DNA of 64,000 nt from Candidatus Krumholzibacteriia bacterium (GTDB lineage: Bacteria; Krumholzibacteriota; Krumholzibacteriia; JAJRXK01): NCBI GenBank assembly GCA_041484665.1, contig JBGPIA010000010.1, positions 64,001-128,000 on the forward strand. The letters run 5' to 3'. The translations under genes were made by a program, and so were the position numbers. The notes under the pieces were generated by a model. That model did not search any database, was not told the DNA's origin, and worked only from the letters and a program-made list of their open reading frames with translations. Below, piece by piece: positions 42,720 through 53,185 of the stretch (its first letter is position 1; each line of letters begins with the position of its first letter).

Positions 42720-43611
42720 ATGCAGAGCCGCAGACGCACTCCCGTCGCCGTCGTGGGCGCCGGACGCATGGGCCGCCCCCACGCGCGAGCATGCGGCGAT
42801 CGCCGAGCTGCTGCTGCCGCGCGGGGTCGCCTGCCTGATCGAGAAGCCGCTCGCCTCCACGGTGGACGAGGCGCGCCGCGTCGCCGCGCTCGCCCGTGCG
42901 CACGGGATCATCGTCGCCGTCGGACACACCGAGCGCTTCAACCCAGCCGTGCGTGCCGTGGCGGAGATGCGCCTGACCCCCCGTTACATCGAGGTGGACC
43001 GGGTCAGCCCCATGACCTTCCGCTCGCTCGACGTGGGCGTCGTGTTCGATCTCATGATCCACGACCTGGACATCGTGCTCATGATGACGCGCGCTGCGCT
43101 GCGGGACGTGTACGCGGTGGGAGTCCGCGTGCTGGGCGAGCAGGAAGATCTCGCGAGCGCTTGGCTCACCTTTGCGGACGGCTGCTTGGCGAATCTGACG
43201 GCATCGCGCCTGGCGCTCAAGACCGAACGCAAGCTGCGCGTGTTCACCGAGAGCGCGTACCTTTCGCTGGACTACGCCAAACGCCAGGGCGTGGTCCTAT
43301 CGCTCACCGAGAACCGCGAAGCGCTGGAGCGCCTTCGCGCCCTGCTGGCGGAAGGTGCCGACCTCTCGGCGCTGGACTCCACGCAGATCGCGCGCGTTCG
43401 GCAGCTGGAGCTGCCCACGGAGGATCCGCTGACCTTGTAGCTGCGGGAGTTCCTGGGCGCCGTGCGCGGTGAGCGGGCGCCGCTGGTGGGCGCCGACGCC
43501 GGCTGTGCCGCCGTCGCTGCGGCGCAGCGGGTGGTGGACGCCATCCGCGCCCATCGCTGGCAGGGCGTCGACGGGCACCAGATGGGTGGGAGCGCGCGGG
43601 CGGGCAGCTAG
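42720..43611 (+). pseudogene. Disrupted Gfo/Idh/MocA oxidoreductase
   Basis: VAVVGAGRMG joins out of frame to AAPTREH...IEKP...GHTERFNP...DLMIHDLD; in-frame TAG at 43438-43440, after which family-like sequence LREFLGAVRG continues to 43611. Confidence 0.85.
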
Positions 43612-43658
43612 CACGCCGCTGGTGGCAAGCGCTTCGACCAAAACCCGAGGAGGTCGCC

Positions 43659-44663
43659 GTGGGAGTCCTGCTCGCCGACCAGGCGCTGGTGCGCTCGCTC
43701 TTGCCCATGGGCGAGTGCATGCCCATCATGGCCGAGGCGCTGCGCGCGCTGGCGCGGGGCGACGCCGTGCTGCCGCTGCGGCCCGTCATGCCGCTGCCCG
43801 ACCAGCGGGGCGTGCTGGCGATGATGCCCGCCTGGCTGGGGAATCCGAGGGTCTTCGGTCTGAAGATCATCAGCTTCTTCCCCGGCAACCTGGGAACGCC
43901 GTACGACTGCCACCAGGGGGCGGTGCTCCTCTTTGACCCGCAGGACGGCCAGCTGCTGGCGATTCTGGACGCGACCTCGATCACATCCATCCGCACGGCC
44001 GCCGTGAGCGGAGTCGCGACCCAGCTGCTGGCACGCGAGAACGCGCGCTCGCTCGCGATCCTGGGCTCGGGCGTGCAGGCGCAGTCGCACCTGGACGCCA
44101 TGCTGCTCGCGCGGCGTTTCGACCACGTCCGCGTGTGGAGCCGCAACCGCGATCACGCGGTCGCCTTCGCGCAGCAGTCGTCACGCCGCCACGGGATCAC
44201 CCTCGAGGTGGCCGCCAGCGTGCAGGACGCGGTACGCGCCGCCGACGTGATCTGCACCGTCACGTCGTCGCGCGAGCCCGTGCTGCAGGGGGACTGGATC
44301 CCGGGCGGGGCGCATCTCAATGTCGTGGGCGCGAGCGTGCGCACCGCGCGCGAGGTGGATGCGGCGGCCGTGGCGCGCGCCCGGCTGTTCGTGGACCGGC
44401 GGGAATCGACGCTGGCCGAGGCCGGCGACTTCCTGATGGCCAAGCAGGAGGGAGCCGTCGGGGACGATCATATCCTGGGCGAGCTCGGCGAGGTGCTCCT
44501 GGGGCGCGTGCCGGGCCGGCGCTCACCGGATGAGGTGACGATGTTCAAATCGCTGGGGCTGGCCGTGGAGGACCTGGCTGCCGCCCACCACGTCTACCGG
44601 CACGCGCTCGAGCGTGGCGCCGGCACGGTCGTGGAGCTGGGTGGCGCCCGCGAGGCGCCGTGA
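43659..44663 (+). CDS. Ornithine cyclodeaminase/mu-crystallin family protein
   Basis: MMPA, GLKII, ITSIRTAAVS, GSGVQA, FKSLGLAVED; SD GGAGG. Confidence 0.92.
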   Translation: MGVLLADQALVRSLLPMGECMPIMAEALRALARGDAVLPLRPVMPLPDQRGVLAMMPAWLGNPRVFGLKIISFFPGNLGTPYDCHQGAVLLFDPQDGQLLAILDATSITSIRTAAVSGVATQLLARENARSLAILGSGVQAQSHLDAMLLARRFDHVRVWSRNRDHAVAFAQQSSRRHGITLEVAASVQDAVRAADVICTVTSSREPVLQGDWIPGGAHLNVVGASVRTAREVDAAAVARARLFVDRRESTLAEAGDFLMAKQEGAVGDDHILGELGEVLLGRVPGRRSPDEVTMFKSLGLAVEDLAAAHHVYRHALERGAGTVVELGGAREAP

Positions 44664-44745
44664 CGCCCTGCGCGAGCAAAGACCCGGCATGCGTGCGCTG
44701 CGTGCGAACCATGCGCAGGCCGCCCAGCTGTCGGAGGAGGTTCAC

Positions 44746-45792
44746 GTGAACGCGCTCGAGAGCATCTCCTTGGACGACATCCGCGCGGCCAGCCGGCGCA
44801 TCGCAGGGCTTGCGCTGCGCACGCCGCTCGTGCGCCTGAACATGGAAGGCACGCCCGCCGAGATCTACCTGAAGCTCGAGAACCTGCAGCCCATCGGCTC
44901 ATTCAAGCTGCGCGGGGCGGCCAACGCAATGCTGCGCGCCGGGCGCGAGCAGCTCGCGCTGGGGGTCTGGACGCCCAGCGCCGGCAACATGGCGCAGGGC
45001 GTGGGCTGGACGGCGCGGCATCTGGGTCTTGCGTGCCGTGTCGTGGTGCCGGAGCACGCGCCGCAGACCAAGCTCGACGCCGTGGCCCGCCTGGGTGCGA
45101 GCATCGTGAAGGTGCCGTTCGACGCGTGGTGGCAGACGATCCTCAGCGGGAAGTACCCCGCCGGTGCGGCCGTGGAGGCGCCCGGCCTGGGGGCGGGATC
45201 CACCGCGACGCCGAGCGCGGCGCGGCCGGCCGGGCCGGGCGTGCCGTACGAAGGCAGACTCGTGCATCCGGTCGCCGACGCGGACGTGATCGCCGGCAAC
45301 GGCACGATCGGCCTGGAGATCGTCGACGACCTCCCGGACGTGGATGCGGTGGTCGTTCCCTACGGCGGCGGCGGGCTGGTGTCGGGGATCGCGACGGCGA
45401 TCCGCGCCCTGAAACCCGCCACGCGCATCTTCGCCTGCGAGGTCGAGACGGCGGCGCCGCTGGCGGCGTCCCTGGGAGTGGGCGCCCCGCGCGAGGTGCC
45501 GTATCGTGCCAGCTTCGTGGACGGCATCGGCGGCAAGAGCATTCTGCCGCAGATGTGGCCGCTGGTGAGCCGCCTCGTCGACGCATCGCTGGTCGTGACG
45601 TTGACCGAGGTGTGCGCCGCGATCAAGCTGCTCGTCGAGCGCAACCGCGTCGTGGCCGAAGGCGCGGCGGCGACGTCCGTGGCGGCCGCGCTCGCGGGAC
45701 GGGCCGGCGCCGGCAAGATCGTTTGCGTGGTCTCGGGGGGAAACATCGACAGCGTCAAGCTGTGCGCCATCCTCGCCGGACAGATCCCCTGA
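44746..45792 (+). CDS. PLP-dependent threonine/serine dehydratase-family protein
   Basis: KLENLQPIGSFKLRGA, SAGN, GGGGL, SGGN; SD GGAGG. Confidence 0.92.
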   Translation: MNALESISLDDIRAASRRIAGLALRTPLVRLNMEGTPAEIYLKLENLQPIGSFKLRGAANAMLRAGREQLALGVWTPSAGNMAQGVGWTARHLGLACRVVVPEHAPQTKLDAVARLGASIVKVPFDAWWQTILSGKYPAGAAVEAPGLGAGSTATPSAARPAGPGVPYEGRLVHPVADADVIAGNGTIGLEIVDDLPDVDAVVVPYGGGGLVSGIATAIRALKPATRIFACEVETAAPLAASLGVGAPREVPYRASFVDGIGGKSILPQMWPLVSRLVDASLVVTLTEVCAAIKLLVERNRVVAEGAAATSVAAALAGRAGAGKIVCVVSGGNIDSVKLCAILAGQIP

Positions 45793-45888
45793 GGACACCG
45801 CCCCCCCGGTGCACGTGAGGCTCGCCGGCGACCCGCAGGCCGCGGCTGCGCGCCCGCAGCCGGTTGGCGACAGACCGCGGGGCAACCA

Positions 45889-48546
45889 TCAGCGCACCGT
45901 CTTTGCCCGGTCCCAGCCGAGCACCACGTGCAGCGGCGCTGTCTCAACCTCCACAGTCGGGATAAGGACGAGCAGACGCTGTCCATCGGTCGAGAGCCCC
46001 ACGATCACGCCGCTGGCGAGCTGGAACAGCTCGTGGGGCGCGTCCCGCAGCAGACCGTTGGCGGCGTGAATCTGCGCCGACATCACGCTGCCACCCGGTG
46101 CTTGGTAGAGGATCTCGCGGCCGCCGGCGCTCCAGAACGGCTCGAAACCGCCTGTGGTCGAGACCTGCCAACGATGCTTCCCCTCCGGGAAGTCCTGGAC
46201 GTAGATGTCGCGGCGCCCTGCCCCCGATGACGCGTAGGCCAGCCACTTCCCGTCCGGTGAGAACCGCGGCGTTTCGTCGTCGGCTGCAGTCGTGATGAGC
46301 GGACGGGCCTCGGTCGGACGATCCATCGGCAGGATCCAGATGTCGTCGCCCGTCTTCTCGCTCGTCAGGTTGACCAGCAGCCAGTGCCCGTCCGGGGACC
46401 ACTCCACGGGCCAGGTCTCCATGGGGGACTGCCAGAGCAGGCTGTCCCCCTGCGTGCCAGAGGCAGCGGTCAAGAACACGCAGCCGTTCGCCGTGCGATA
46501 CGACTGGAAGGCGATGCGGCTGCCGTCGGGTGACCACACCGGGCTGAATTCGCTGGTCGGATCGGAGGTGAGCCGCGTCGAGGTCCCCCGCTGGAGATCC
46601 AGCAGCCAGATGTCGTCGTCGCGGCCGTCCGCGTCCCGGTGTCCGGTGACCACGAAGTGGCCGTCGGGCGAGAGTCTGGGACCGTCGAAGACGTCCGGAC
46701 GGCCTACATCCTCGAGCCGCCGCCCCTGCCGGTCGAACCAGGCGAGTTGAAGAGACGGGTCGGCGGCCCGGTACGTGAGCACGCCGTCGGTTGACGCGCT
46801 GAACTCGAACAAGTGATTGGGCCCCGCAGACGCGATCTGCTTGGCCAGCGCCACGGGCTCCGCGGAGAGCTTGCCCGTGCGCGGATCGAGACGCTGTGCG
46901 ACCAGCGAGCCGCTGCGCACGTACAGCAGCCAGTCTGGCGCCACGAACACGGGATTCGTGACGGCCTGCATCAGGTCCTGCGTGGGACCGCCATCGATGG
47001 ACGCCAGGCGCAGCCAGTCGTCTTCGGTTCGCCGCGCGTCGCCGAGGAAAATGACATGGCGTCCGTCCGGGAGAAACGAAGGCCAACGGTGCCCCTCCTC
47101 CCTTGGCAAGAGCGACGTCAAGGGCTTCGGCGCTCCGCCACCCTCGGGGATGACCGAGAGGCCGCTGCCTCCGTCTGGCTCGAACACGATCACGCCGGAT
47201 GAGCCCCACGCTCCTCCGAGGGGGCTGGGCGCAGCGCACAACGACTGCACGGCGCCGCCCGCGGCGGAAACCCTCTTGAGCCGGCCGCCGGCGAAGAACC
47301 CGATGTGGCGGCTGTCCGGCGACCAGAACGGCATGGTGCCGCCGTCGGTGCCCTCGAGCAGGCGCAGATCGTCGGAGTCGATCGGGCGCACCCACAGTCG
47401 CGACAAGCTCTTCTGCTCGTCTGCGACCATGACGAGCAGCCGCCCGTCGGGTGAGACCTGCACCTGCCCGAACTTTGCGAACGGCGAGTTCGCAGGCCGC
47501 ACGAATTCGAGGTGCGCGGTGAGCGCCGGCGCGGCTGCGCGCTCGCGCCAGAGCGCAAGCGTCACCACCACGAGCAGGAGCGTGGCCACTGCCGCGATGC
47601 CCTGGGCCAGTCTCGCCTTCGGCCGCCGTGCACCGGAGAGAGCCGCCGCTCCCGTGCTCGACAGTCGGCCCTCCGCAATCCCGCGCAGCTCGTGGGCGAG
47701 GTCGCGGGCGGTTTGCCAGCGCTCGTCTGGATCCTTGGCGAGACAGCGCCTCACCGTGTGGTCGAACGCCGGCGGCGCGATCGGCGACCACTGCGAGACC
47801 GGCGCGGGCTCGTCCTTCAGGATCGCCCCGATCAGGCTGGCCTGGCTCTGGCCTTCGAACGCGCGTCGTGCCGTCGCCATCTCGTACAGCACGCACCCCA
47901 GCGCCCACAGGTCACAGCGCGCGTCCGCGTCCTTGCCCTCGAGCTGCTCCGGCGCCATGTATTGGAACGTCCCGACAATGGTCCCCTCGGCCGTCAGCGG
48001 CTGCGCCATCGTCGGCGACCGGGTGAGCGCGGCCAGCGTGACGTCGCTCTGACCCGCCGGCCCGCCCAGTCCCGTCAGGCGCGCTAGCCCGAAGTCCATG
48101 AGTTTGGCGCCCAACTTCGTCAGCATCACGTTGCCCGGCTTGAGGTCGCGATGCACCACCCCCGCCCGGTGGGCGCGGTCGAGGGCGTCGGCGATCTCCA
48201 CGCCGAGCTTCAGCGCCTGCGGGAGCGGCAGGGCGCCCCGCTCGAGCCGCTGCGCGAGCGTCTCGCCCTCTACCAGCTCCATCACCAGATAGTCCGTGTC
48301 GCCCTCGCGGCCGACGTCGTGCAGCGTGCAGATGTGCGGGTGGTTGAGCTGCGAGATGGTTTTCGCCTCGCGCTCGAAGCGCGCACGCACCTCGGGGCTG
48401 GCGGACAGGTGCTGCGGCAGCACCTTGACCGCGACGTCGCGCGAGAGCCGCGTGTCGCGAGCGCGGTACACCTCGCCCATGCCGCCGGCGCCCAAAGGCG
48501 CGACGATCTCGTAGGGGCCCAGACGGGTGCCGGGCGTGAGGGTCAC
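45889..48546 (-). CDS. Hanks-type Ser/Thr protein kinase with TM helix and TolB/PD40 beta-propeller
   Basis: GAGGMGEV, VAVK, HRDLKPGN, DFG, YMAPE; repeated SPDG motifs. Confidence 0.95.
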   Translation of the reverse strand: MTLTPGTRLGPYEIVAPLGAGGMGEVYRARDTRLSRDVAVKVLPQHLSASPEVRARFEREAKTISQLNHPHICTLHDVGREGDTDYLVMELVEGETLAQRLERGALPLPQALKLGVEIADALDRAHRAGVVHRDLKPGNVMLTKLGAKLMDFGLARLTGLGGPAGQSDVTLAALTRSPTMAQPLTAEGTIVGTFQYMAPEQLEGKDADARCDLWALGCVLYEMATARRAFEGQSQASLIGAILKDEPAPVSQWSPIAPPAFDHTVRRCLAKDPDERWQTARDLAHELRGIAEGRLSSTGAAALSGARRPKARLAQGIAAVATLLLVVVTLALWRERAAAPALTAHLEFVRPANSPFAKFGQVQVSPDGRLLVMVADEQKSLSRLWVRPIDSDDLRLLEGTDGGTMPFWSPDSRHIGFFAGGRLKRVSAAGGAVQSLCAAPSPLGGAWGSSGVIVFEPDGGSGLSVIPEGGGAPKPLTSLLPREEGHRWPSFLPDGRHVIFLGDARRTEDDWLRLASIDGGPTQDLMQAVTNPVFVAPDWLLYVRSGSLVAQRLDPRTGKLSAEPVALAKQIASAGPNHLFEFSASTDGVLTYRAADPSLQLAWFDRQGRRLEDVGRPDVFDGPRLSPDGHFVVTGHRDADGRDDDIWLLDLQRGTSTRLTSDPTSEFSPVWSPDGSRIAFQSYRTANGCVFLTAASGTQGDSLLWQSPMETWPVEWSPDGHWLLVNLTSEKTGDDIWILPMDRPTEARPLITTAADDETPRFSPDGKWLAYASSGAGRRDIYVQDFPEGKHRWQVSTTGGFEPFWSAGGREILYQAPGGSVMSAQIHAANGLLRDAPHELFQLASGVIVGLSTDGQRLLVLIPTVEVETAPLHVVLGWDRAKTVR

Positions 48547-48610
48547 CGGATCGGCTCCAGCGTGGTGGCGCGCTTCGCCGTGTACGGCGCCGGCAGGCCC
48601 ACGCGCCCGT

Positions 48611-51600
48611 TCACGCGTCTCCCCCGCCCTCGGCCGAAGCGTCGGCGTCCGCACCCACCCCCACGCGCAGCACCACCAGCCGCTGCGCGTCCTGCAGCTG
48701 CGCGCGCGCCCACTTGTAGCGTGCCTCCTGGCAGGCCATCAGCACGACCTGTTGGCGCGGCGCGATGGCGTCAAGCAGCAACCGCAGCCCCGCCACCAGC
48801 CGCACGTCGTCGGCGTTCGAGAAGGGGTCGTCCAGCAAAAGTGGCAGGGACCCCAGCCCGCCGCTGAGCAGCCGCGACACGCCCAAGCGCGCCGCGAGGT
48901 ACACGCCGTCCAGCGCTCCGGCGCTGAGCTGCTGCGCCGCCTGCGACCCGGTCATCACCTGCTGCCCCTGTCTCAGCTGGATCCCCAGGTGCTCGTCGAA
49001 GCGCAGCTCGCGCACCTCGCTGCCCAGGCCAGCCAGCATCTCCTGCGTGGTGCGGTTGAGCGCCGAGGCCCAGTCGCGGTGGGTCTCCTTGGCGATGCGC
49101 GCCAGTGTGTCGCGGGCCAGTACGACGGCCTCGCGGAACTGCTCCGCGCGCTGCAGCGCGGCCTCGTGCTGCGCGATCGACTCCATCAGGCGCGGCGCTT
49201 CGGCCTCGTACTTGGCCAGAAACGCCCGCGCCTCGGCGCGGTCGGTCTCCCCGGCCTGCTGCTCGGCGCGCTCGCTGGCCGCCAGCGCCTCGAGGTCGGC
49301 GTCGATCTGCTCGATCGGGCGCGGTGGGCGTGGCGCGCGTGGGAGGCGCGAGGCCGCGTCGGCGCCACTCGCACCGGCGAATGCGGCGCGAGCGACGCCG
49401 CCGGCGGCACCGGACGGGCCAGCGCCGCTGCCGCCCTCGAGCCGGCTTGCGGTCGCGCCGCCACCCCCGGCCAGCAGCGCCCTCAGTCCAAGCGTCTCCG
49501 CCTCCATCCGCGAGAGGTCCGCGTCGATCTCGCGCACGCGCTGCTCCAGGCGGCCGCGCTCGGCCGGGGCGAGCACCGACGCCCGCTGCTCGGGCAGCGT
49601 GACATCGCGGAGCTGCTCCAGGCGCTGCGCGAGCACCACGCGCTCCTTCAGGCGGCGCACGCCCCCCTCGAGCGGTTCTGCGTCGGCCAGGCGCACGCCG
49701 CAGGTCGCCAGCGCCTCGCGCGCCTCACGCTGGCGCTCGGCCAGCCGGCGCTTGCTCTCGTCCGCACGCCAGCGCGCAGTGTCGGCGGCCGTCCCGGCGC
49801 GATCGGCCTCTGCCCAGACCTCGGTCGCTTGCTTCACCAGCTCGACGCGCTCGGCCAGCAGATCGGCCGCCGGCTCGTCCTCGAACAGCGTCCACGCCCG
49901 CGCGCAACTCTGGAGCGCCTCGTGCTCCATGGCCGCCAGCTCGTCCAGGCGCGCCTGCAACCCCTCGATGTGGTGAAGCGCCGGTTCCACCACGGCGCGC
50001 AGGCGGCGGTAGTGGTCCTCCAGCTCGGGCTGCAGGCAACCGAGGCGCCCGGCCAGGTCGGCCCAGGCCTGCGCGCGCTGCTGAGTGTCGCCCAGCAGGC
50101 GCTCGAGGATCTCGCCCAGGCGCTCCAGTTGGACGCGAGCCTGCGCATCCTCGCGCTTGCGGTAGCGCGTACCGCTAGCGTAGACGCCCATGCCCACGAG
50201 GATCACCAGCACACCCGGCGCGTGCAGCAGGAGCGGCGAGAACGGCAGGATGACGTGCATGGAGAGCCCGACCAGCACCGGAAGCATCCCCACCAGCATC
50301 AGCCAGATGCCGAAGTGCTTGCGGGACTGCTGGCCGCGGCGGATCTCGGCGCGCGCGTAGCGCAGGCGGTCGATCTCCTCCTCACGCTCCTCCTGCTGCT
50401 GGCGCAGCTGCAGCTCGTCGCGGGTGCGGCTGGCCAGCGCAAGCCGGTCGTCGTCCGAGAGGTCGGCGAAGCTGGCGGCCAGACTGCGCGCCTGCTCGAG
50501 CGTGAAGCCCTGGACCTGCAGATCGGAGACGGCGCTCTGCAGCAGGCCCTCGAAGCGTTGGCGCTCGCGCTGCGCGTCGAAGCTGCGCACCCGGGCCGAC
50601 TGCAGCGCGTCCCGATCGCCCTCGGTCGGACGGCGGCGCAGGTGGAGGCCGTCGCGGCGGGTGGACGCTTCGTTGCGCCGCTGGGCGGCGTCGTCGGCCT
50701 CCGCGTCGTTCTCGCGGGCGGCGCGCAGAGCGCCCTGGACGTTGGTCCAGGCGGCCTCGGCGACGTTGATCGACGTCTCGCCGAGCGCCAGCAACTCGGC
50801 ACCGTCACCCAGTTGCGCCTCCAGCGCCGCGACCTTCTGGCGGCGCTGGTCGTCCTGCGCCAGGCGGTCGTCGGCGCGCATCCGCTCGGCGCGGGATTTT
50901 TCGTGGCGCAGCGCCGCGCGCTGCAGCTCGCGCGAGGCCGCCTCGTCCTTGCGGCGGGCGAGCCCGTCGATCTTCGCGGCCATGCGTGCGCGCTGCTGCG
51001 TCAGCGCCGCGAACTGCGTGCGCGTCTCTTCCAGGACCTTCAGGCAGCGCTCGATCTCGGTGTCGACGCGGCCGCGGCCACGCAGAGTCAGACCTTCGTA
51101 GCCGGCGAGGGCGGCCTCCAGCGCGGCGATCGCAGCCGCCGCCGTGGTGTCGCCCGCGCGTGTGTCGGCGATTCGCTGCAATGCCTCGGTCAGCCCCTCG
51201 GTGCCGCTCCAGACCACCTCGCCCTGCGCCACGAAGGCGCTGCGCTCGAACTGCTCGCGGGAGAGCCCCAGCAGCCCCTCGCCCACGGCGACGCGCAGCC
51301 CCTGGCGGAAGCGGTCGGTGATGTCGCTGCCGCCCGACAGCACCCGCACGGTCTCGCGCTCGAGGTCGCGGTCGATGGCGAGCTCCTCGCCGTCCTTCTC
51401 CAAGTAGAGCGTGAGGCCGTAGGGCCCGCCCTCCCAGGGGCGGTAGACGTCGCGCTCGACCATGCGGTCGCGCGCCTTGCGCCGGTCGGACTCCATTCCG
51501 TAGAGCGACGCCAGGATCGCCGCCGACAGGGTCGACTTCCCGGTCTCGTTGCGCTCCAGCAGCAGAGCGACGTTGCCGGAGTCCGCGTCCAGCGGGAAGC

Positions 51601-51649
51601 TGCCGCGCAGCCGGCCGAAGCCGCGAATGTCCAGACGCTTCAGACGCAC
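48611..51649 (-). CDS. SMC/Rad50-like ATPase (SbcC/YhaN-like) with internal TM hairpin
   Basis: LDIRGFG, Walker A NETGKST, Q-loop FVAQ, coiled coils, LSAG, LLLDDPF. Confidence 0.88.
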   Translation of the reverse strand: MRLKRLDIRGFGRLRGSFPLDADSGNVALLLERNETGKSTLSAAILASLYGMESDRRKARDRMVERDVYRPWEGGPYGLTLYLEKDGEELAIDRDLERETVRVLSGGSDITDRFRQGLRVAVGEGLLGLSREQFERSAFVAQGEVVWSGTEGLTEALQRIADTRAGDTTAAAAIAALEAALAGYEGLTLRGRGRVDTEIERCLKVLEETRTQFAALTQQRARMAAKIDGLARRKDEAASRELQRAALRHEKSRAERMRADDRLAQDDQRRQKVAALEAQLGDGAELLALGETSINVAEAAWTNVQGALRAARENDAEADDAAQRRNEASTRRDGLHLRRRPTEGDRDALQSARVRSFDAQRERQRFEGLLQSAVSDLQVQGFTLEQARSLAASFADLSDDDRLALASRTRDELQLRQQQEEREEEIDRLRYARAEIRRGQQSRKHFGIWLMLVGMLPVLVGLSMHVILPFSPLLLHAPGVLVILVGMGVYASGTRYRKREDAQARVQLERLGEILERLLGDTQQRAQAWADLAGRLGCLQPELEDHYRRLRAVVEPALHHIEGLQARLDELAAMEHEALQSCARAWTLFEDEPAADLLAERVELVKQATEVWAEADRAGTAADTARWRADESKRRLAERQREAREALATCGVRLADAEPLEGGVRRLKERVVLAQRLEQLRDVTLPEQRASVLAPAERGRLEQRVREIDADLSRMEAETLGLRALLAGGGGATASRLEGGSGAGPSGAAGGVARAAFAGASGADAASRLPRAPRPPRPIEQIDADLEALAASERAEQQAGETDRAEARAFLAKYEAEAPRLMESIAQHEAALQRAEQFREAVVLARDTLARIAKETHRDWASALNRTTQEMLAGLGSEVRELRFDEHLGIQLRQGQQVMTGSQAAQQLSAGALDGVYLAARLGVSRLLSGGLGSLPLLLDDPFSNADDVRLVAGLRLLLDAIAPRQQVVLMACQEARYKWARAQLQDAQRLVVLRVGVGADADASAEGGGDA

Positions 51650-51660
51650 GCCACCGCTCC

Positions 51661-52872
51661 CTACTCCTCGTAGCGGGCGTCGACGCGCCCGCGGGTCAAC
51701 ACGTCCAACCCGTAGAGCAACGCCCGGCGCGCGGTCCGTCCGGCCTCGCCCTGTGTGGCGACCGCCTCGCGCAGGTGCGCCACGAAGCGCTGCTCGGTGG
51801 TGATCGCCTGCTCCAGCGGCGGGTAGCTCTCCAGGTCGACGTCGGGCTGCAGCGCGGACAGGTCCACTCTCAGGTGCCCCCCGCTGCTGCCGAACTCGTC
51901 GGCCAGCGCGCGCACCGCGGCCAACTCCAGCCCGGGCGCGCGGCGGCCGGTCACCTCCAGCAAGACCAGGTCCTGCGGGCCGGCGCCCACCTCGGCCAGC
52001 GCACGCTGGGCGCGCTCGCGGGCTTGCTCGGCGAAGCGGCAGCCGGTGAGGTCGCAGCGCGCCGCTCGCACCTCACGCCGGTCGAGCGCCACATGCTCCA
52101 CCAACGCCGGGCCGTCGCCGATCGTCACCACCAGGCAGCCCTTGTGCCCCGTCTCGTCCAGCCCACCCGCGAGCAGGCATCCCGCATAGGCGCCCACGGG
52201 CTGACCCATCTCGTCGTCGAGCACCTGGAAGCCGTGGTAGTGGCCTACCGCCGTCCAGGAGAAGCCCTGCTCGAGGACCTCCTCGTGCGTGAACGGATGG
52301 GTCGCCTTGTGTGGCTGCAGCCAGCCGCCGTCGTCGCGGCTGCCGTGGAACAGCAGGACCGACAACCGCGCGGGAGGGCGCCGGATGAGGCTCGACAGTC
52401 GCCGCTCGCCGGAGGCAACGTTGGCCGCGACGCCGCAGCCGGTGACGGTCACGTCCGGCCGCCCGGGCCACGCCACGGTGCGGAACTCCTCGTGGGCGAA
52501 CAGTACGACGTTGTCCGGCCAGCTCAGGCCGCGTGTGGCTCCACGCGCGGTAGGGTTGTACGGGGAGGCGCCGCCGTAGGGATCGTGGTTGCCCGGCGCC
52601 AGGAACACCGGCTTGGGTGCGATGCGAGCGAAGGCGTCCAGCACGAAGGCTAAGGTGTCGGTGGTGACGGCCTCGTCGTCGAAGAGATCGCCGGGCAGCA
52701 GCACGCCGTCGAGGTCGCGCTCCACGACAAGCGCCATTGCCCGCGTGAAGGCGTCGCGGCGCTCCTCCTCGCGGCGGCGCGCTGCCTCCTCGGAGAGCCC
52801 CAGGCGCCCGCCGGTCAGGCGCGCGCCGAAGTGGATGTCGGAGAGCTGCAGTAAGCGCAGGGGGCCGGTCAT
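51661..52872 (-). CDS. Mre11/SbcD/YhaO-like metallophosphoesterase nuclease
   Basis: SDIHFG, GDLFD, GNHD, FHG, GHYH. Confidence 0.9.
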   Translation of the reverse strand: MTGPLRLLQLSDIHFGARLTGGRLGLSEEAARRREEERRDAFTRAMALVVERDLDGVLLPGDLFDDEAVTTDTLAFVLDAFARIAPKPVFLAPGNHDPYGGASPYNPTARGATRGLSWPDNVVLFAHEEFRTVAWPGRPDVTVTGCGVAANVASGERRLSSLIRRPPARLSVLLFHGSRDDGGWLQPHKATHPFTHEEVLEQGFSWTAVGHYHGFQVLDDEMGQPVGAYAGCLLAGGLDETGHKGCLVVTIGDGPALVEHVALDRREVRAARCDLTGCRFAEQARERAQRALAEVGAGPQDLVLLEVTGRRAPGLELAAVRALADEFGSSGGHLRVDLSALQPDVDLESYPPLEQAITTEQRFVAHLREAVATQGEAGRTARRALLYGLDVLTRGRVDARYEE

Positions 52873-53044
52873 GGCGGTGATGATAGCCCACGAAGGCGCT
52901 GCGTCCTAGCCCACGGAATGCGCCATGCGGGGACAGTGCGCAGGCCCTGCGTGGGCCGTGCGCAGGCCGTGCGCAGGCGGCGCGCGGGTCGGCGAGCGAA
53001 GCGCCCGGAACGCGCGACGGGTGAGCCCGCGTTTGCGGCGCCCC

Positions 53045-53179
53045 AAAGCAAACCGGCGACCCTGTAGGCCGCCGGTCAGCAAGGGGCTTCCATCTTCCCC
53101 TCTTGGATCGGGAGGCTTGCTCGGAATGCGGCGTCCACAGACAGCCTGGCGCCCATCCCGCTTGGAGTGCAACCTCCGT
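53045..53179 (-). ncRNA. Candidate small RNA (~135 nt) with own promoter and intrinsic terminator
   Basis: 5' irregular hairpin 53177-53111, short hairpin, terminator stem 53076-53052 plus UUGCUUU; G-U pairs favour the minus strand. Confidence 0.55.
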
Positions 53180-53185
53180 CGATTG

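Noticed and set aside
43438..43440. In-frame TAG as pyrrolysine or amber recoding
   Set aside because: The same gene has an independent frameshifting deletion, and TAG serves as a normal stop in many genes here.
52869..53093. uORF MEAPC-UGA followed by a hairpin; Sec read-through would give 74 aa ending in an ATGA overlap with the nuclease gene
   Set aside because: The read-through peptide looks like non-coding GC-rich sequence, the hairpin has a U-tract like a terminator, and the nuclease has its own leaderless-type -10 box. Chance is sufficient; ribosome profiling would settle it.
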